DNA from: Ancylonema sp.
Taxonomy: Eukaryota
NCBI GenBank assembly: GCA_050230475.1
Contig: JBFLGF010000003.1
Coordinates: 1-64,000 of the forward strand
Direction: 5' to 3'
DNA: 64,000 bases
The position numbers and the translations under genes are program-made. The notes under the pieces were generated by a model. It was given only the letters and a program-made list of their open reading frames with translations, did no database searches and had not been told where the DNA came from. Every line of letters begins with the position of its first letter. Within the stretch, counting starts at the first letter, position 1. Below are positions 1 through 12,703 of the stretch, in pieces.

Positions 1-1
1 A

Positions 2-500
2 TGCTACACTTATGTGGATAAGGACCCGATCAGCCGCAACATTGCGCGCTCAGTCTTAACCACTCTTCAACAACAATACCCCACCCTACTACCTGATGTA
101 GCGATAAAAGCATTCGACAAGAGGCTACCCCAAGACATCTCTCAATGCTCGCCAACGTTTTTGGAGAGATTACTTGAATTCAATGGGCCAGTGGATCTGC
201 TAGGTGGCAGCTGGGGGTGTCAGAGCGTCAGCAGAGCAGGACGGCAACGCGGCGCAATGGATCCCCGCTTTCGGTTCTTCTATGACCTGGTCCGCATCAC
301 CAACTTCTTCCAGCAGAGGCAGTCAACCCCCCTTCTGTACCTGCTAGAAAACACATACCTTGGTGAGAGATGCACAGTTGCAGTGCAAAAGGCAAATGAC
401 CTGGTCCAATCGTTTCTTGGAGCGCCAGTACTCGTCGACGCTGCGGATCTGGGAGCAGCCGCGCATCGAGTGAGACTTTTCTGGACAAACATGCTCCAGC
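2..500 (+). mobile_element. DNMT3-like C5 cytosine methyltransferase fragment, probably from a Gypsy retroelement; runs off the window 5' and is truncated 3'
   Basis: Translation CYTYVDKDP...DLLGGSWGCQSVSRAG (motif IV)...YLLENT (motif VI)...AAAHRVRLFWTN (DNMT3-type motif VIII). Intronless and collinear with the DNMT at 40.6-42.3 kb that sits next to an integrase. Confidence 0.85.
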
Positions 501-830
501 ACTTTTACGACGACGTAAATCGTAATCTATCATGTGTATCTTGATACAACATCACCATGTGAGGCAACCTCATGAGTCATCATCCCACCATACTAGGTGA
601 AGTCAGAGGTCATGGGACACAAATCATGGGACCAAGGATGGGGAATGCCACCACTTTTTCGCTTCAAGGCGAATTTGAGTTACTACTCCAATACCCAAAA
701 GTGCCATACCGAGAATCACCTCGTAGACACCTTTAACGTCTTAAGCCGAGGGATTTGCAACCCGTACATGGCACACTACCTAGCACAATATTCTGATGTT
801 TAACATATTAATTGGGCTATAAGATTTTGA

Positions 831-1102
831 CATAGTAAAGCGAAACCGCGGGCAAGCGAGATTGTGTTGGTTCGAAACCGGGACCAAGTTCGCGCGGACG
901 AAATCGGCGTTTTGCATTCCCGATTCCCAAAAATCCTTAAAAATCAGAAGGTGAGCCTTAGAAACCCCCCGAAAATACCCCCAAAAAATGCAGAAGTAAG
1001 AGGAGGAGAAAAATCGTATTGTTGTCCTAATTTCAGCCATTTTTTGAATCTTGGTTCGGAGACAATTCGGAATCGCCTCCGCTTCGGTTCCGTTTTGCTA
1101 TG
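831..1102. mobile_element. hAT-type MITE
   Basis: Imperfect TIRs CATAGTAAAGCGAAACCG / CGGTTCCGTTTTGCTATG; 8-bp TSD GATTTTGA (823-830) / GATTTTGG (1103-1110). Confidence 0.75.
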
Positions 1103-3470
1103 GATTTTGGTTGTGTACAAGTTTGGCTTGAATCGACGAATTCCGAGAAGCTGCTAGTTTGCTTGACTTTAGTACAACAGCTAGCTTGCGTGATTTTAAA
1201 ACACCTTCGGAACAGTCCTATCGATGATTATAAACTATATTTATGCATTGGATGGTTATCATTTGTAGCTGTGTCAAATAAACAACAACCAGTGTTCGCC
1301 AATACGGTATACGCTACTCAATACACTAGAGTCGTAATGAGTTAAAGGGGTTTGATTACTCCATCTTTGACACTCGGGGTTTTGATTGAATTCATCTCAA
1401 ACCCAAATTCGTCGATTTAGCCTTCAAAACAAGGGAGATGGTGTCCGTATTGTCAAGAAATCATGGCAACAATCTATGCGTACAATGGTGTGATAGCTTC
1501 TGGAGTAATCTACAAAAAAAATTACTTGTACTCGTAATGACTCGGTCGTGTCCGGCTTCCTAAATTGCTCTATCTACTCTTCGTCATCGCTGTCTAGCCG
1601 CATGGGGAATTACCCTTCGTAATTAGCATGTTCGACAAAACGGATTTTTTCAACAACAAGCTTTTATAATCATCAAATTAGGTACAAGCGTATATTTAGA
1701 GCGTATTATAGTGTGTTACATACGCTGAGGCCATACTACACTAATTTTGCGTATTATAGGTGATATTGGCGATAGGTAGGTGATATTGGCGAACCTTGAC
1801 ACACTTTCAGCTAAAAGTACAAATGGAACACATGCGTGGAGAACTCTTCCTTTGAGTTTTGTGAGTGCTTCATTGCATTTACCAATATCCCTAGGTAGTC
1901 GTAGAGAAGACTACTTTCAATCAAATCGCACTATTGGCAAGTAAAAAATATTCAATACCTTTGACCCACCAACCACTTAAACCATTCAGATCGTGTTCAA
2001 CGACACGATATGATCACGCACGACATGATGCAACCATAAAAAAAATGAAATCAAAGCTACGCATGCATCAATATGGAGCCTAAACTCCTAAAGTCAACGC
2101 ACATGTCGGACTACACACACATCATCATCAGATCGTGGTACAAAATCGGTGCAATAGGCTGCAAGCGCGGGCACGTAAGTCTATCGATAGACTTCGTATA
2201 CATGTGCGTACAAGCGACACCGAGGCCATTTTGACATAGATGAGGCAACAACCGGAGAGGTAACTATGCAAATCAAAAAACAAACAACAACGGCTCAACC
2301 TGTCGATGACGAGACAGTGTTAAAAATTGGTCTCTATTCGTCGTATCGACTACATGATCGAGTCGGTTTAATTCAACGTTCGTCATAGTCCCAATACGAT
2401 AATATTTTGATTAAGAAAACTTTAAAAGGTACGCATTTTATTTCACCATTCAACAAATTCGTGCCCGAAATGTGTAAAGGTGGCTGAAAAGTATTAAATG
2501 AAGTATTATCAGAGGGATGTTTAGTAGAAGGGGACTGATAAAATCAATCAATAAGAGGAACAATGTAAGTGATCTTAAAAACTGGCGGTGGAAATATCAT
2601 CAACGTTAACGGGATTTTTTTAAGCTGTATAAATGGTACGTTTATATCGATGAGCATGTAATACTGACAAAAAATGATGGCTTTCGTCCGCAAACATCAA
2701 ATACGTCGAGATGTAACGATGTGCATCGAACGGATGTCAACATATTGGTGTTCTGTTATCATCGAAACAATAATGTGGATGATTGCGAAGGAGACATAAA
2801 TATTGAGAAAAAACTGTGGTCGATAAACATAGATTTTTCCTTTGAGACTAGAATAGAATAAAGACACAAAACCACTCAGCCATCACATCGTTGGAGGTTT
2901 TCTTTTTTGTGTTTTGTTTTGTGTTCCCAGCGTGGAATTGTGAGTATTCGCCTCCTCCTCTACATTGCATTCCAGCCAATAAACTGCCCCGATGGCTTCA
3001 TCAGGTCATCTTTAAAATTGTCTATACTAGGGAGGCGGCATCAAACACGGGTTCGCTTCCTCATTTACGAGGGCAATCCTTTATATGCTGTTGGAGTGTG
3101 CGATTTCTTCGGTAAATATTACGTTCGACGTCGTCAGTTTCTATGGATAAATGTGAAAATTTATGAGGTCGGAATAGTCCACACCGACAAGACATCCATC
3201 GTGGACGCCTGTGGTTCAAAATGGAGAAACGACGAAATATCGCACGGAAATTAACGGGCAACCCATCACAATCGATATCAACACCTGTCACTGTAACGAA
3301 GTGTTTGAATTGCCACGACACCGACGTCCGGAATGCTAGGCGTTCGGCTCAAATTCTCGGCTCATTATCCTCCCGACAGTCAAGTACCAAAGGGATTTGA
3401 CGATTCAGCAGCGCACATTGGAACACGGTAGGGTGGCAATAGATGCTGAAGGAAAAACTGTCGAGAAACG

Positions 3471-6400
3471 ATGGATTTTCTAAACCACGCGAGCAAATGG
3501 GCTCAAGGAAACGCCAGTGTGGGGGGCGTGGTGATCGTATGTTTTACATTTTACATTTTGCATCACTTCATTCGCCATGGCACCAACTTTCCGGGACCGA
3601 TTGTGTGGCCTGTTTTGGGTTGTATCCCAGACATCGTGTGGAATATAGACCGCCTCTACGACATGTCAACAGAATATCTCGCGGTACGCGAACGCTAGAG
3701 ATGTCTATCATGTGGAGGCATTTGGCTGTTCAAGTAGTTGAATTCAATGATAGGGTTGGTGGTGGGAGTATACTAGAGAAAATATGTATCGAATTTCTCG
3801 AACGAGCTCGAGATCAGTCGGCTGAATTGGGAACGCATTGGTAAATGGGGGTGGTTTTTCTTCGCTGCGTCTCTTTTAAGCGGCTTGTCATACATTTAAA
3901 AATTACGGTATACATTTTTCGCTTGTTTGCTGCGAGTATGATAAGGCTCATAACGCCAACACAATCATTCTTGTACCGGAAATATGTTCACTGTCGATTT
4001 CTTATGTCATCCTCGGGCCATACAGGATAAAATCATCATATAATTTATAATATCTATATCCTTATCGTCAGACGAGCACCGCTCTATTTCTTTCTTTTGA
4101 TTATATTATGAGAATTATGGCAGTTTGTAAATGTTCAATTAATGCCTTTCTGCTACTTTTCTCATCTACAGTAATTTCTATCTTCGTGCAGCGTTCACGT
4201 TCCAGCTCATTTTTCTCGAAGGCTCTCGGACTCAATGAAATTGTTACCGCTGATCCTGCCATCTTAGAGCACGTGCTGAAGACCAACTTTCAGAACTATC
4301 CGAAGGGCCCGGAATTTCAGGTGCCAGCCGCATTGCCACAAAAGACCGATAATCACAAGAAAAACTTAAAAACAATCGTCCCTTATTTTAAATGCAGAAA
4401 GTCAGCTGATATCTCCCATACCCAGTCCTAGCTATAGAGCACTCGTTTAATGTATGCGAGGCATGGCTGACTTACGCTGAATTGGCCAGTATAGTCGGTA
4501 GATGGAAACCTTGAGCTATAGCTGCTTGTGGTCATACATACTGGCCTCTTCTTTCCCCTTCCAATCTGGAACTTGGGCATGTGAACGTCTGAAATATTCA
4601 GGAATCATTTCGAGATTTGCTGGGTCACGGCATCTTCAACAGCGACGGTGACGAGTGGAAAACGCAGCGAAAGACGGCGAGTCTTGAATTTTCTGCGCGA
4701 TCATTGCGTGACCTGACCGTTACCGCTGTGCGGGACGAAGTTTCGCAGAGGCTGCTGCCTACCTTGCAAGAGGTACTTCAAGGGATCTGAGAGCGCAACA
4801 ACGTCTCTCGTATGCTTGCAAGGGATTCATTTATAATGGAGCCTTTGCATTTACAATGCGTCGTGACGTAAATGAATTGTATGCACACCTGTTTTGCTAT
4901 GCAGAAACGATAGAAGATGCTTAGATGCTATACAAAGAAGTGTTACCTCAGTACAATCACATATCTTGATTTACAACTGATTCGATGTGCAGGCCATGAA
5001 TTCCGGCCGTTCTCTCGACATCCAAGAGTTACTCCTGCGGTACACCTTCGACAACATCTGCAAAATTGGATTTGGCGTCGATCCTGGCTGTTTGGCCCCG
5101 GGACTTCCTGAGATTCCATTTGCCAGTGCTTTTGATATCGCAACAAAGGTATGGATGTGCGGAAAAATTTCGTATTGATTGTTACAGTATTTTTCCATGC
5201 ATTTTGGGAAGCAAACATTCATATGTATGGGTCGACACGACATGCAAACCATCCCTTTACCACAATTTGTGAGAAGTTCACACGATGGCAGGCCACTCTT
5301 GTCCGCAACATTCTTCCACAATTCTTGTGGCGACTTCGACAAAAGTTTCAGCTAGGGACGGAGAAGCGCCTCACAAATGCCATTGCGGTAAGGTTTCCCC
5401 CCAAGAATAATGTATTGGGCGTTTGCCGAAGATTCGGCCCGATCTTCAGGTTTTGTTGCCATGAAAAGGAATGATAGGCATCGAATGTATTTATAATTCA
5501 GTCCGATTTGTTCGCAGGAAATTAACGAGTTTGCGTCTGGAGTCATAAAGAAGAGACGCCAACAGCTCGCAGAGAGTGGAGCTGCTACAGCTGGCGAAAG
5601 CGTCGACGAACACACCGATCTACTATCCAGGTGATAGCTCCGATCTAAATCTGATTGTGTGGTACTTTTCCTATTCCTTCTGTGTTTTTTTTTTTAGGGA
5701 TGTCCGTATTCTGGATAAATTCTAGTAGAGCGAAAGAGCAGTCCACTTCACATAGTACAAGACGGCGATATCGTTTTGTATAACGATCGTTACACAATCG
5801 TGTAATGACTGTCACGTTTTGAGTGGGCCCTCATTCTCCCCTTCCGGTGCTCCAGATTCATGATTCTGGACGAACAAAGTTCCCAGAATCAGTTTTCGGA
5901 CACTTTCCTCCGCGATGCGTGCACGAATTTCATTCTGGCGGGCCGAGACACGTCCTCTGTGGCACTGTCCTGGTTCTTCTGGCTGCTGACGTGGCATCCA
6001 CATGTTGAGGCCAAGTGTTTGGAAGAAATCAATCGCATTTTGGATGTCAGGAGCGGAGGTACACCAAAAAAAACTCGTTATTCACTCTATAACGAAATCT
6101 TGAGCTATGTCTGGTATCCGCTTTCTGAAGTGAATCGACGGGTCCGTATGAAAGCTGATGTGGGCCAGCAATACGGTTATCGATATAATCATTCACAACG
6201 GAATTGGCAAAACTTACTTCACCATTTTGAAACTCAATTATTCGTGCAGATACTCTGGGCAGCGAGACTTTCTCCTTCGATGAGCTGAAGGATATGCATT
6301 ACATTCAAGCGGCACTCACGGAGTCCCTGCGGTTATACCCCTCGGTACCCGTCGATACCAAGTAAGACTGGTGAACCTGGTATTGATAATAATCACTCGA

Positions 6401-7363
6401 TCTATGTACCGTCTTCTGCCATTAATCGATAAATAAATCAATCGATACTCAAGACACTCTACTCCTACAACATATGGACACGTGTTAGACACTCATCATT
6501 TTTAAGCACTCGATACCAACAAACTTGGAGTATCGACATCGGGTAAGTTATTTTTTCAAGAATCCACCGACATGTGATATTCCTAGAACGACTGCTTCTA
6601 TGCAGGGCGACTGGTATACATTAAAGTCTGCTTAAAATAATTAGAACACGGTCAAAATGTAGAAGAACGAGAGACAAAATTAGACATACTCGGAGCCAGA
6701 GGATATCGGCATAACAACGATGATGGTAGTATCCTCGCACTCTTTTGTTGACGCCCTTCCATGTTCTCACTGTACCACTCCCGAGTGCATTTCCATCACA
6801 CTTCCCTCAGGTATGTTGTGAGCGACGACACGCTCCCTCACGGTCAACGCGTGTACAAGGGGTGGCGAGTCACATACAGCGCGTACGCCATGGGCCGCAT
6901 GGTCAAGATTTGGGGCGAAGATGCGGCCGAATTTCGGCCCGAACGATTCTTGGGTCCCGATGGAAGTTTTCGACACGAGTCGCCGTTCAAGTACCCTGCA
7001 TTCAATGCGGGCCCGCGATTGTGCCTGGGAAAAGAAATGGCATATGTGCAGGTACATCTAGGATGCCAATATCCCATCTTGATCTTGTGTATATTCATTG
7101 TTTCTCTTCAATCTCATTTGAAGATGTACACTATATTTTGAGTCGCAACGTTAGCCATTGCAGTGTTCCATTAAAAAATGGTGTGCTTCAACTTGACGAT
7201 GCAGATGAAGTCGGTGGCCTCTACCATCCTCCGCAATTTCCAACTGAAGGTTGTGCCAGGCCACAAGATTGCGTACTCCATGTCTCTCACACTCTTCATG
7301 CGTTACGGGCTACTAATGACGGTCCACCCGCGTGATCCCTCCAAACAACTTACAAGAAATTAA
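3471..7363 (+). CDS. Cytochrome P450, CYP86 clan (CYP94/CYP704/CYP86-like fatty-acid hydroxylase), about 10 exons
   Basis: GT-AG exons at about 3471-3683, 4192-4320, 4602-4772, 4993-5148, 5292-5387, 5518-5630, 5856-6058, 6250-6361, 6811-7051 and 7205-7363. Motifs: [34 protein letters not shown]-helix [26 protein letters not shown] and heme motif [11 protein letters not shown]. Confidence 0.93.
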
Positions 7364-8676
7364 GAACATAAAGCGTGTAGCCCATACAAGGTGACCAAAT
7401 AGGAACATCCAAGCCCATGCGGATAACTATTCATATCAAATGGATTGTAACCTTTAACTATCCGAGAAGAATCTATAGTCAAGTGGGAAGGAATCAATAG
7501 CGATCTCAATGAAAATATTTGTGAATAGGACATACTTAGTTTGGGAATCAAATTAAAACGCTGGATAGATCGTTACTGGAAAGTAGATCTTGGTGAGATA
7601 AAGTCGAGGTTGTGCTCCCTATTTGCAAGAGTTGTGGAGAGGTGTACACTTACTCAAGTAGTTTAGTTAAGCAACATCTTCGAACAAAACATCATTATTC
7701 CCCAATTGGATTTTTTGGTGCTGGCAGTGCGGGCACCTACTACCTCCAACGGTCTTCATATTGAAAATACGCAAATTAGCCAATTGCTTCATTAATAATG
7801 TGTCCGCAAGCCAGCATCGATCATTCTTGTATCGATACTGTCCAAAGCATGGCGACAAATGTCTTTGTGACTGTTTTCATATATTTGAGAGGTAGCAATA
7901 CTATTATTCACGCCATCTTATATCATATTTTCAAAAAGAATGTATGCATCTCATGTCACAACTTGCACACATTACTATAATTGTGGAAGCACACATACAA
8001 CACAAGCAAGGCTTCGTTATTGGGAAGCACTCAAATGGAAACCCTTATAACGATACTCAATGTGCTTAGGTTGTCTTTCACCGTATGCTTCGTAAATTTC
8101 CTCGCTAAATGTTTAATGGGTAAATAAAGCTTACAAATGAGTGGACCTTCGGCAAACATTTGTGATATCTAGTCAATGTGCGGCAATGTCGATACATGTC
8201 AACATCGAGAGTAGCTAGCCAAACCTTGACTATGACACACCTCTGGTACTAGCCCCTAGCTTCCTACCCCCCCACCCTCGTAAATGGTGCACAATTATCC
8301 GTGCTACATTCAATCACTTTTATCCCTCTGCGTACTCGGTCATAACACAAACACTCAAAGAGATTGAAGTGACATGATATGACTGAGCGGAGCGTTCCAC
8401 AAATCGAGCTTATCATTTCAATTGCGAAACCTGTGCGCGATGAGAGATGAGAGAGATGAGAGAGGCAGAGACGTGCTCATCACTCCCAAACTGATTTCCA
8501 TCCCGCACACAGGCACAACATTTAAGATTCTTTAGTGGCAAAAACATTGATGGAAAATAAGATGCGACGGAGAAACCATTGGAGTCGCGTTGGGCACACT
8601 TTCCATTTTTTCAAATAATCCATCTTCCCACACTCTAAAATTTTCGTCAAAATTGACCATATCTTTAAAAGTGTCG

Positions 8677-11600
8677 TTACATGCGACTCACCTCCCGCGC
8701 ATCCCCCACATGAATTCCGCATTCCGTCTTTTCCGACCCATCCTTGTTGGTCAGACCCTGCCACCAGCCCCCTCTCCATCAATCATCTCCTCACACCATG
8801 CGAATGCACGAGTAAGAGGGAGTCAGTGATAGAGATATTAAAGTATGCGAATGAAGGGCGATGGGGGTCTGTCTCACTTGGAATCTTCCCGCTCTCTCTC
8901 CTCCATACTCGAACCACTTGTTTTTGGGCACTGGCAGCGTGGTCATGAAGTCTCCGATGCTAGGGAAGCCCTGGGCGTGGAGGGGGTGGGCAGGCAGGCC
9001 GTGCACCTCAAGGTACTCGAAGCAGTCCCTGGGAGGATTGGAGGATTGGAGGATTGGAGGATTGGAGGATTGGAGGATTGGAGGATTGGAGGATTGGAGG
9101 ATTGGAGGATTGGAGGATTGGAGGATTGGAGGATTGGAGGATTGGAGGATTGGAGGATTGGAGGATTGGAGGATTGGAGGATTGGAGGATTGGAGGATTG
9201 GAGGATTGGAGGATTGGAGGATTGGAGGATTGGAGGATTGGAGGATTGGAGGATTGGAGGATTGGAGGATTGGAGGATTGGAGGATTGGAGGATTGGAGG
9301 ATTGGAGGATTGGAGGATTGGAGGATTGGAGGATTGGAGGATTGGAGGATTGGAGGATTGGAGGATTGGAGGATTGGAGGATTGGAGGATTGGAGGATTG
9401 GAGGATTGGAGGATTGGAGGATTGGAGGATTGGAGGATTGGAGGATTGGAGGATTGGAGGATTGGAGGATTGGAGGATTGGAGGATTGGAGGATTGGAGG
9501 ATTGGAGGATTGGAGGATTGGAGGATTGGAGGATTGGAGGATTGGAGGATTGGAGGATTGGAGGATTGGAGGATTGGAGGATTGGAGGATTGGAGGATTG
9601 GAGGATTGGAGGATTGGAGGATTGGAGGATTGGAGGATTGGAGGATTGGAGGATTGGAGGATTGGAGGATTGGAGGATTGGAGGATTGGAGGATTGGAGG
9701 ATTGGAGGATTGGAGGATTGGAGGAGGATTGGAGGATTGGAGGATTGGAGGATTGGAGGATTGGAGGATTGGAGGATTGGAGGATTGGAGGATTGGAGGA
9801 TTGGAGGATTGGAGGATTGGAGGATTGGAGGATTGGAGGCAGTGCAGCAGTGGTTAAAACAACAGGGATGGCTGAGTCATGGGTCATGGGTCATGGGTCA
9901 CGATGACGTGGGCTCAGAAGCTGCCAGGTGTCCCTCACCGGAACTCCCAGTAGGCCAGAGGCTGCACTTTCACCATGTCCCCTCCCTCGAATACCTGAAC
10001 CCCACATCAGATTCCCAGCCCCACTTCCGCCACCTCAGCAACCAAGCAGCCAGTAACGGATGCGGTTTGTCGTAGGCGGTTAACCTCTAGGTGAGCGCGG
10101 TCTGCGCCGTGGTCTCTCCTCCTCCCGTTCACCATGGCGTCCACCTGGCACACCAAAAAAGGGGGCGGATCAGTACTGCCCTGTGGTCTTCAGAGTGTAT
10201 CAGTTGAGAGGGGTGAGGAAGTTGAGGGCATGTGGTAGAGAAGGGGGTGGGGGGTGGGGAGTACCTGAAGGGACTTGAGAGCTCTCCCAAACGGTTCCAC
10301 TTTACAAAGCTTGTCGTACTCATCGATGTCCTGCGACCAACCGACCAACCGACCAATGCCACCTTACCACCACGGAATCTGATACGATCTGCTCCCCCTT
10401 CAACCCTCCATACAAGCACATACTGAATGATAACGGGTATCGAAACATGGCCGAACCGGGTGCGGGTCTGTGGTGGAATGAGAGGATGACAGGTGGAGTT
10501 ACCACAATGAAGAGGTCCGATCCGAATTTGGCATTGAATTCGTCTTTGGAAATCGCGTCTGCCGCATGGAATACCTCGGCTTTGAACCCGTACCTTTCCT
10601 GCAACACTCGTTTGGAAAAGTGTTTCCTGAGTTGACATATGAGATATGAGATAGGGTCTGTGCAGAGGCAGAGGTGTAAAGGAAGGTCGAAGGAAAGTGG
10701 TTACGAAAATAGAAGTAAAATGTTTTTGTTGAAGGGGAAGGTATCCCAAAGGTCATCATCCCAAGGGCATGTGCCATCTCCTCACCAGCAGTCACAACCC
10801 CTGAATTGCTACTGTCCGTGAGATGTTATATTACTTCTTGCCAGTGAGGAGTTGAATCGCTGTGCATTTTCCGTACCCATGTCCTCAAGAGGACTTTAGG
10901 GGAAGAAGGGCGTATAGGAATATGTAATAAACCATATGCATATATTTGGAGGAAAAAAAAAGCAGCTGATCAATCTGGAATTCTCTGACATCACCACAAA
11001 TTGTAAAGTGATGAGGCTGGTGTGTGGCAAAATCAGCTTCTAAATACGTTGGAGGTATATCTTAGACTGGAGGGTAGATGTGAGTCATGGCAAACCATAC
11101 ATTTGGCATCTCACCTCGCATTCGGCTAAGAATTTGTATGTCTCAGGGAAGAGATGGTAGGTGTCGATGAAGACAACTTTAAATTTGTCCATTTTGAAAG
11201 CGCCCAATCTGTGAAAGAGGTCGAGGAGAACCTGCAGATGAAGTCCACCTGTCAGTGCAGGTCACGTCACATGTAATGTAGAGTGAAAGAAGGACTCGGC
11301 ATGAGCATGTCATGAGCATTTCATTTGTTTTGAAAGTCGTCCCTACATTTCTTGGGGAGGGAGAAAAGTGGTGGCTACCAATCTAAAACGGAAGCAAAGA
11401 GGTTGAGGAAGAGAGAATGCTTGCCACGTCTCCGGCGATGAGGGCGCAGGGGAAGGTGGGGCGGTCGAAATTTTCGAGTGTGTGTTTTAAAGTCGAGAGC
11501 GCTTGTTCTTCGAGGTGCGCAAGCCGTTGTATTCGAGCTTCCGCATTCCATTGCTCGATGCTGTCAGCCGAAACCGCTCGTACTTGAAGCTGTTCACACC

Positions 11601-12076
11601 TGCTGTTGTGATTCACTCGCAAGCTACGATGCCCAGGCCGAGAAAAAGCGGAAGAAAGAAACCTGCATATTTTTCGACTTGCTGTCAGCGCCACCCACCC
11701 CTGCCTTGCCACGGTATGCAGGCGCTAGATGTTTCAGGATCGAACATAATGGAAATCAGCTCGTATCAGATATGGACAGATGTAGCGTAACTTATGTTCA
11801 GGGATGACCACAGATTTTACAACATCAAATTTACTCCATTCCGACTGTATAACAGTTCAGTATGGGACTTGGTACATTCGTGAAATTAATCGATGCTGTA
11901 CAAATTAATGTTCGTGGCCCAACCCGAAAGGTGACAGTATTGCATCAGGTAGCTCGAGTTGCGTATAATTACCTGCAGCTTGCGAGGTATTGTGACTTTA
12001 AGCTACTGTTTCTCGAAACGTTTTGATAGGAACCAGCGATGCTTCCAGCGTTCACTAACAGCTGAGAAACTGCCAT
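8677..12076 (-). CDS. APR-B: APS reductase, APR-B type (PAPS-reductase-like, no Fe-S cysteines), with a plastid transit-like N-terminus
   Basis: Spliced exons give MAVSQLL...FPCALIAGDV/VLLDL...FIDTYHLFPETY...YDKLCKVEPF...NGRRRDHG...KVQPLAYW...HPLHAQGFPSIGD...ERAGRFQ...KTECGIH. The CC and CxxC cluster motifs are absent and no thioredoxin domain is seen. The exact 3' end is uncertain. Confidence 0.88.
9032..9838. repeat. (GGAGGATT)n microsatellite, about 100 units, inside an APR-B intron
   Basis: Near-perfect 8-bp tandem array with one extra GGA near 9721. Confidence 0.98.
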
Positions 12077-12703
12077 GGTGGCCATCTCTACGTCCAGATA
12101 ATATATCGGCCTTGAGGAGACGGGTTTCACAGGCTCACTTCTATTACTCTACTGCTGATGCAGCACCGTGTAGCTGATGTGTACCACTTTTTCACACAAG
12201 ATGCTTACGCTTTTCACGAATCTAGACGTATGCACATCGGAATCCACATCAGTAGAAAGAGATGACAGACTCTACAATGTGTCTGATATTGCTCTCAGCT
12301 CATGAGTTGGTGTAGTTTCTGCTGGTGTCTTTTGCATAGAACGAAATGCTCGTCGTTGCAAGTCTAACGATAAAAACATGATGTTCTTACAGGAAATATT
12401 TATTCCAAATGAGAGGGGTTTCTCCTGACTACAGTACTCTGTATTGAGTCGACTTCGGAAACCGGAAACGTTTATTCCACATTACGGGTAAATAAATTCA
12501 GGGGTATTTGACTGTTCAAAGGTCACTCGTGATCGTGTGAGCTCAGAGTTCGCACATAGTCCATATACACTCATCACCTTCTCAACTTCTCACATTCGAT
12601 CTGTCTCTCTTCTGATCATCAGTCCATGCCGCATTGAGACTTGTACTACTGTGCCTGCACCAGCGTTCATCGAGCCTTCCCCAGGTTGCCAAGGCTGTCT
12701 GAG

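Noticed and set aside
2..544. Prokaryotic restriction-modification methyltransferase or cellular DNMT3
   Set aside because: No partner nuclease or introns are seen, motif VIII is DNMT3-like, and its homolog in this window is joined to a Gypsy integrase.
8845..10075. Long ORFs of (WRIGGLED)n and (PPILQSSN)n; possible CRISPR or telomere array
   Set aside because: These are translations of a stop-free 8-bp microsatellite in an APR-B intron. There are no spacers and the unit is not a TTTAGGG-type repeat.
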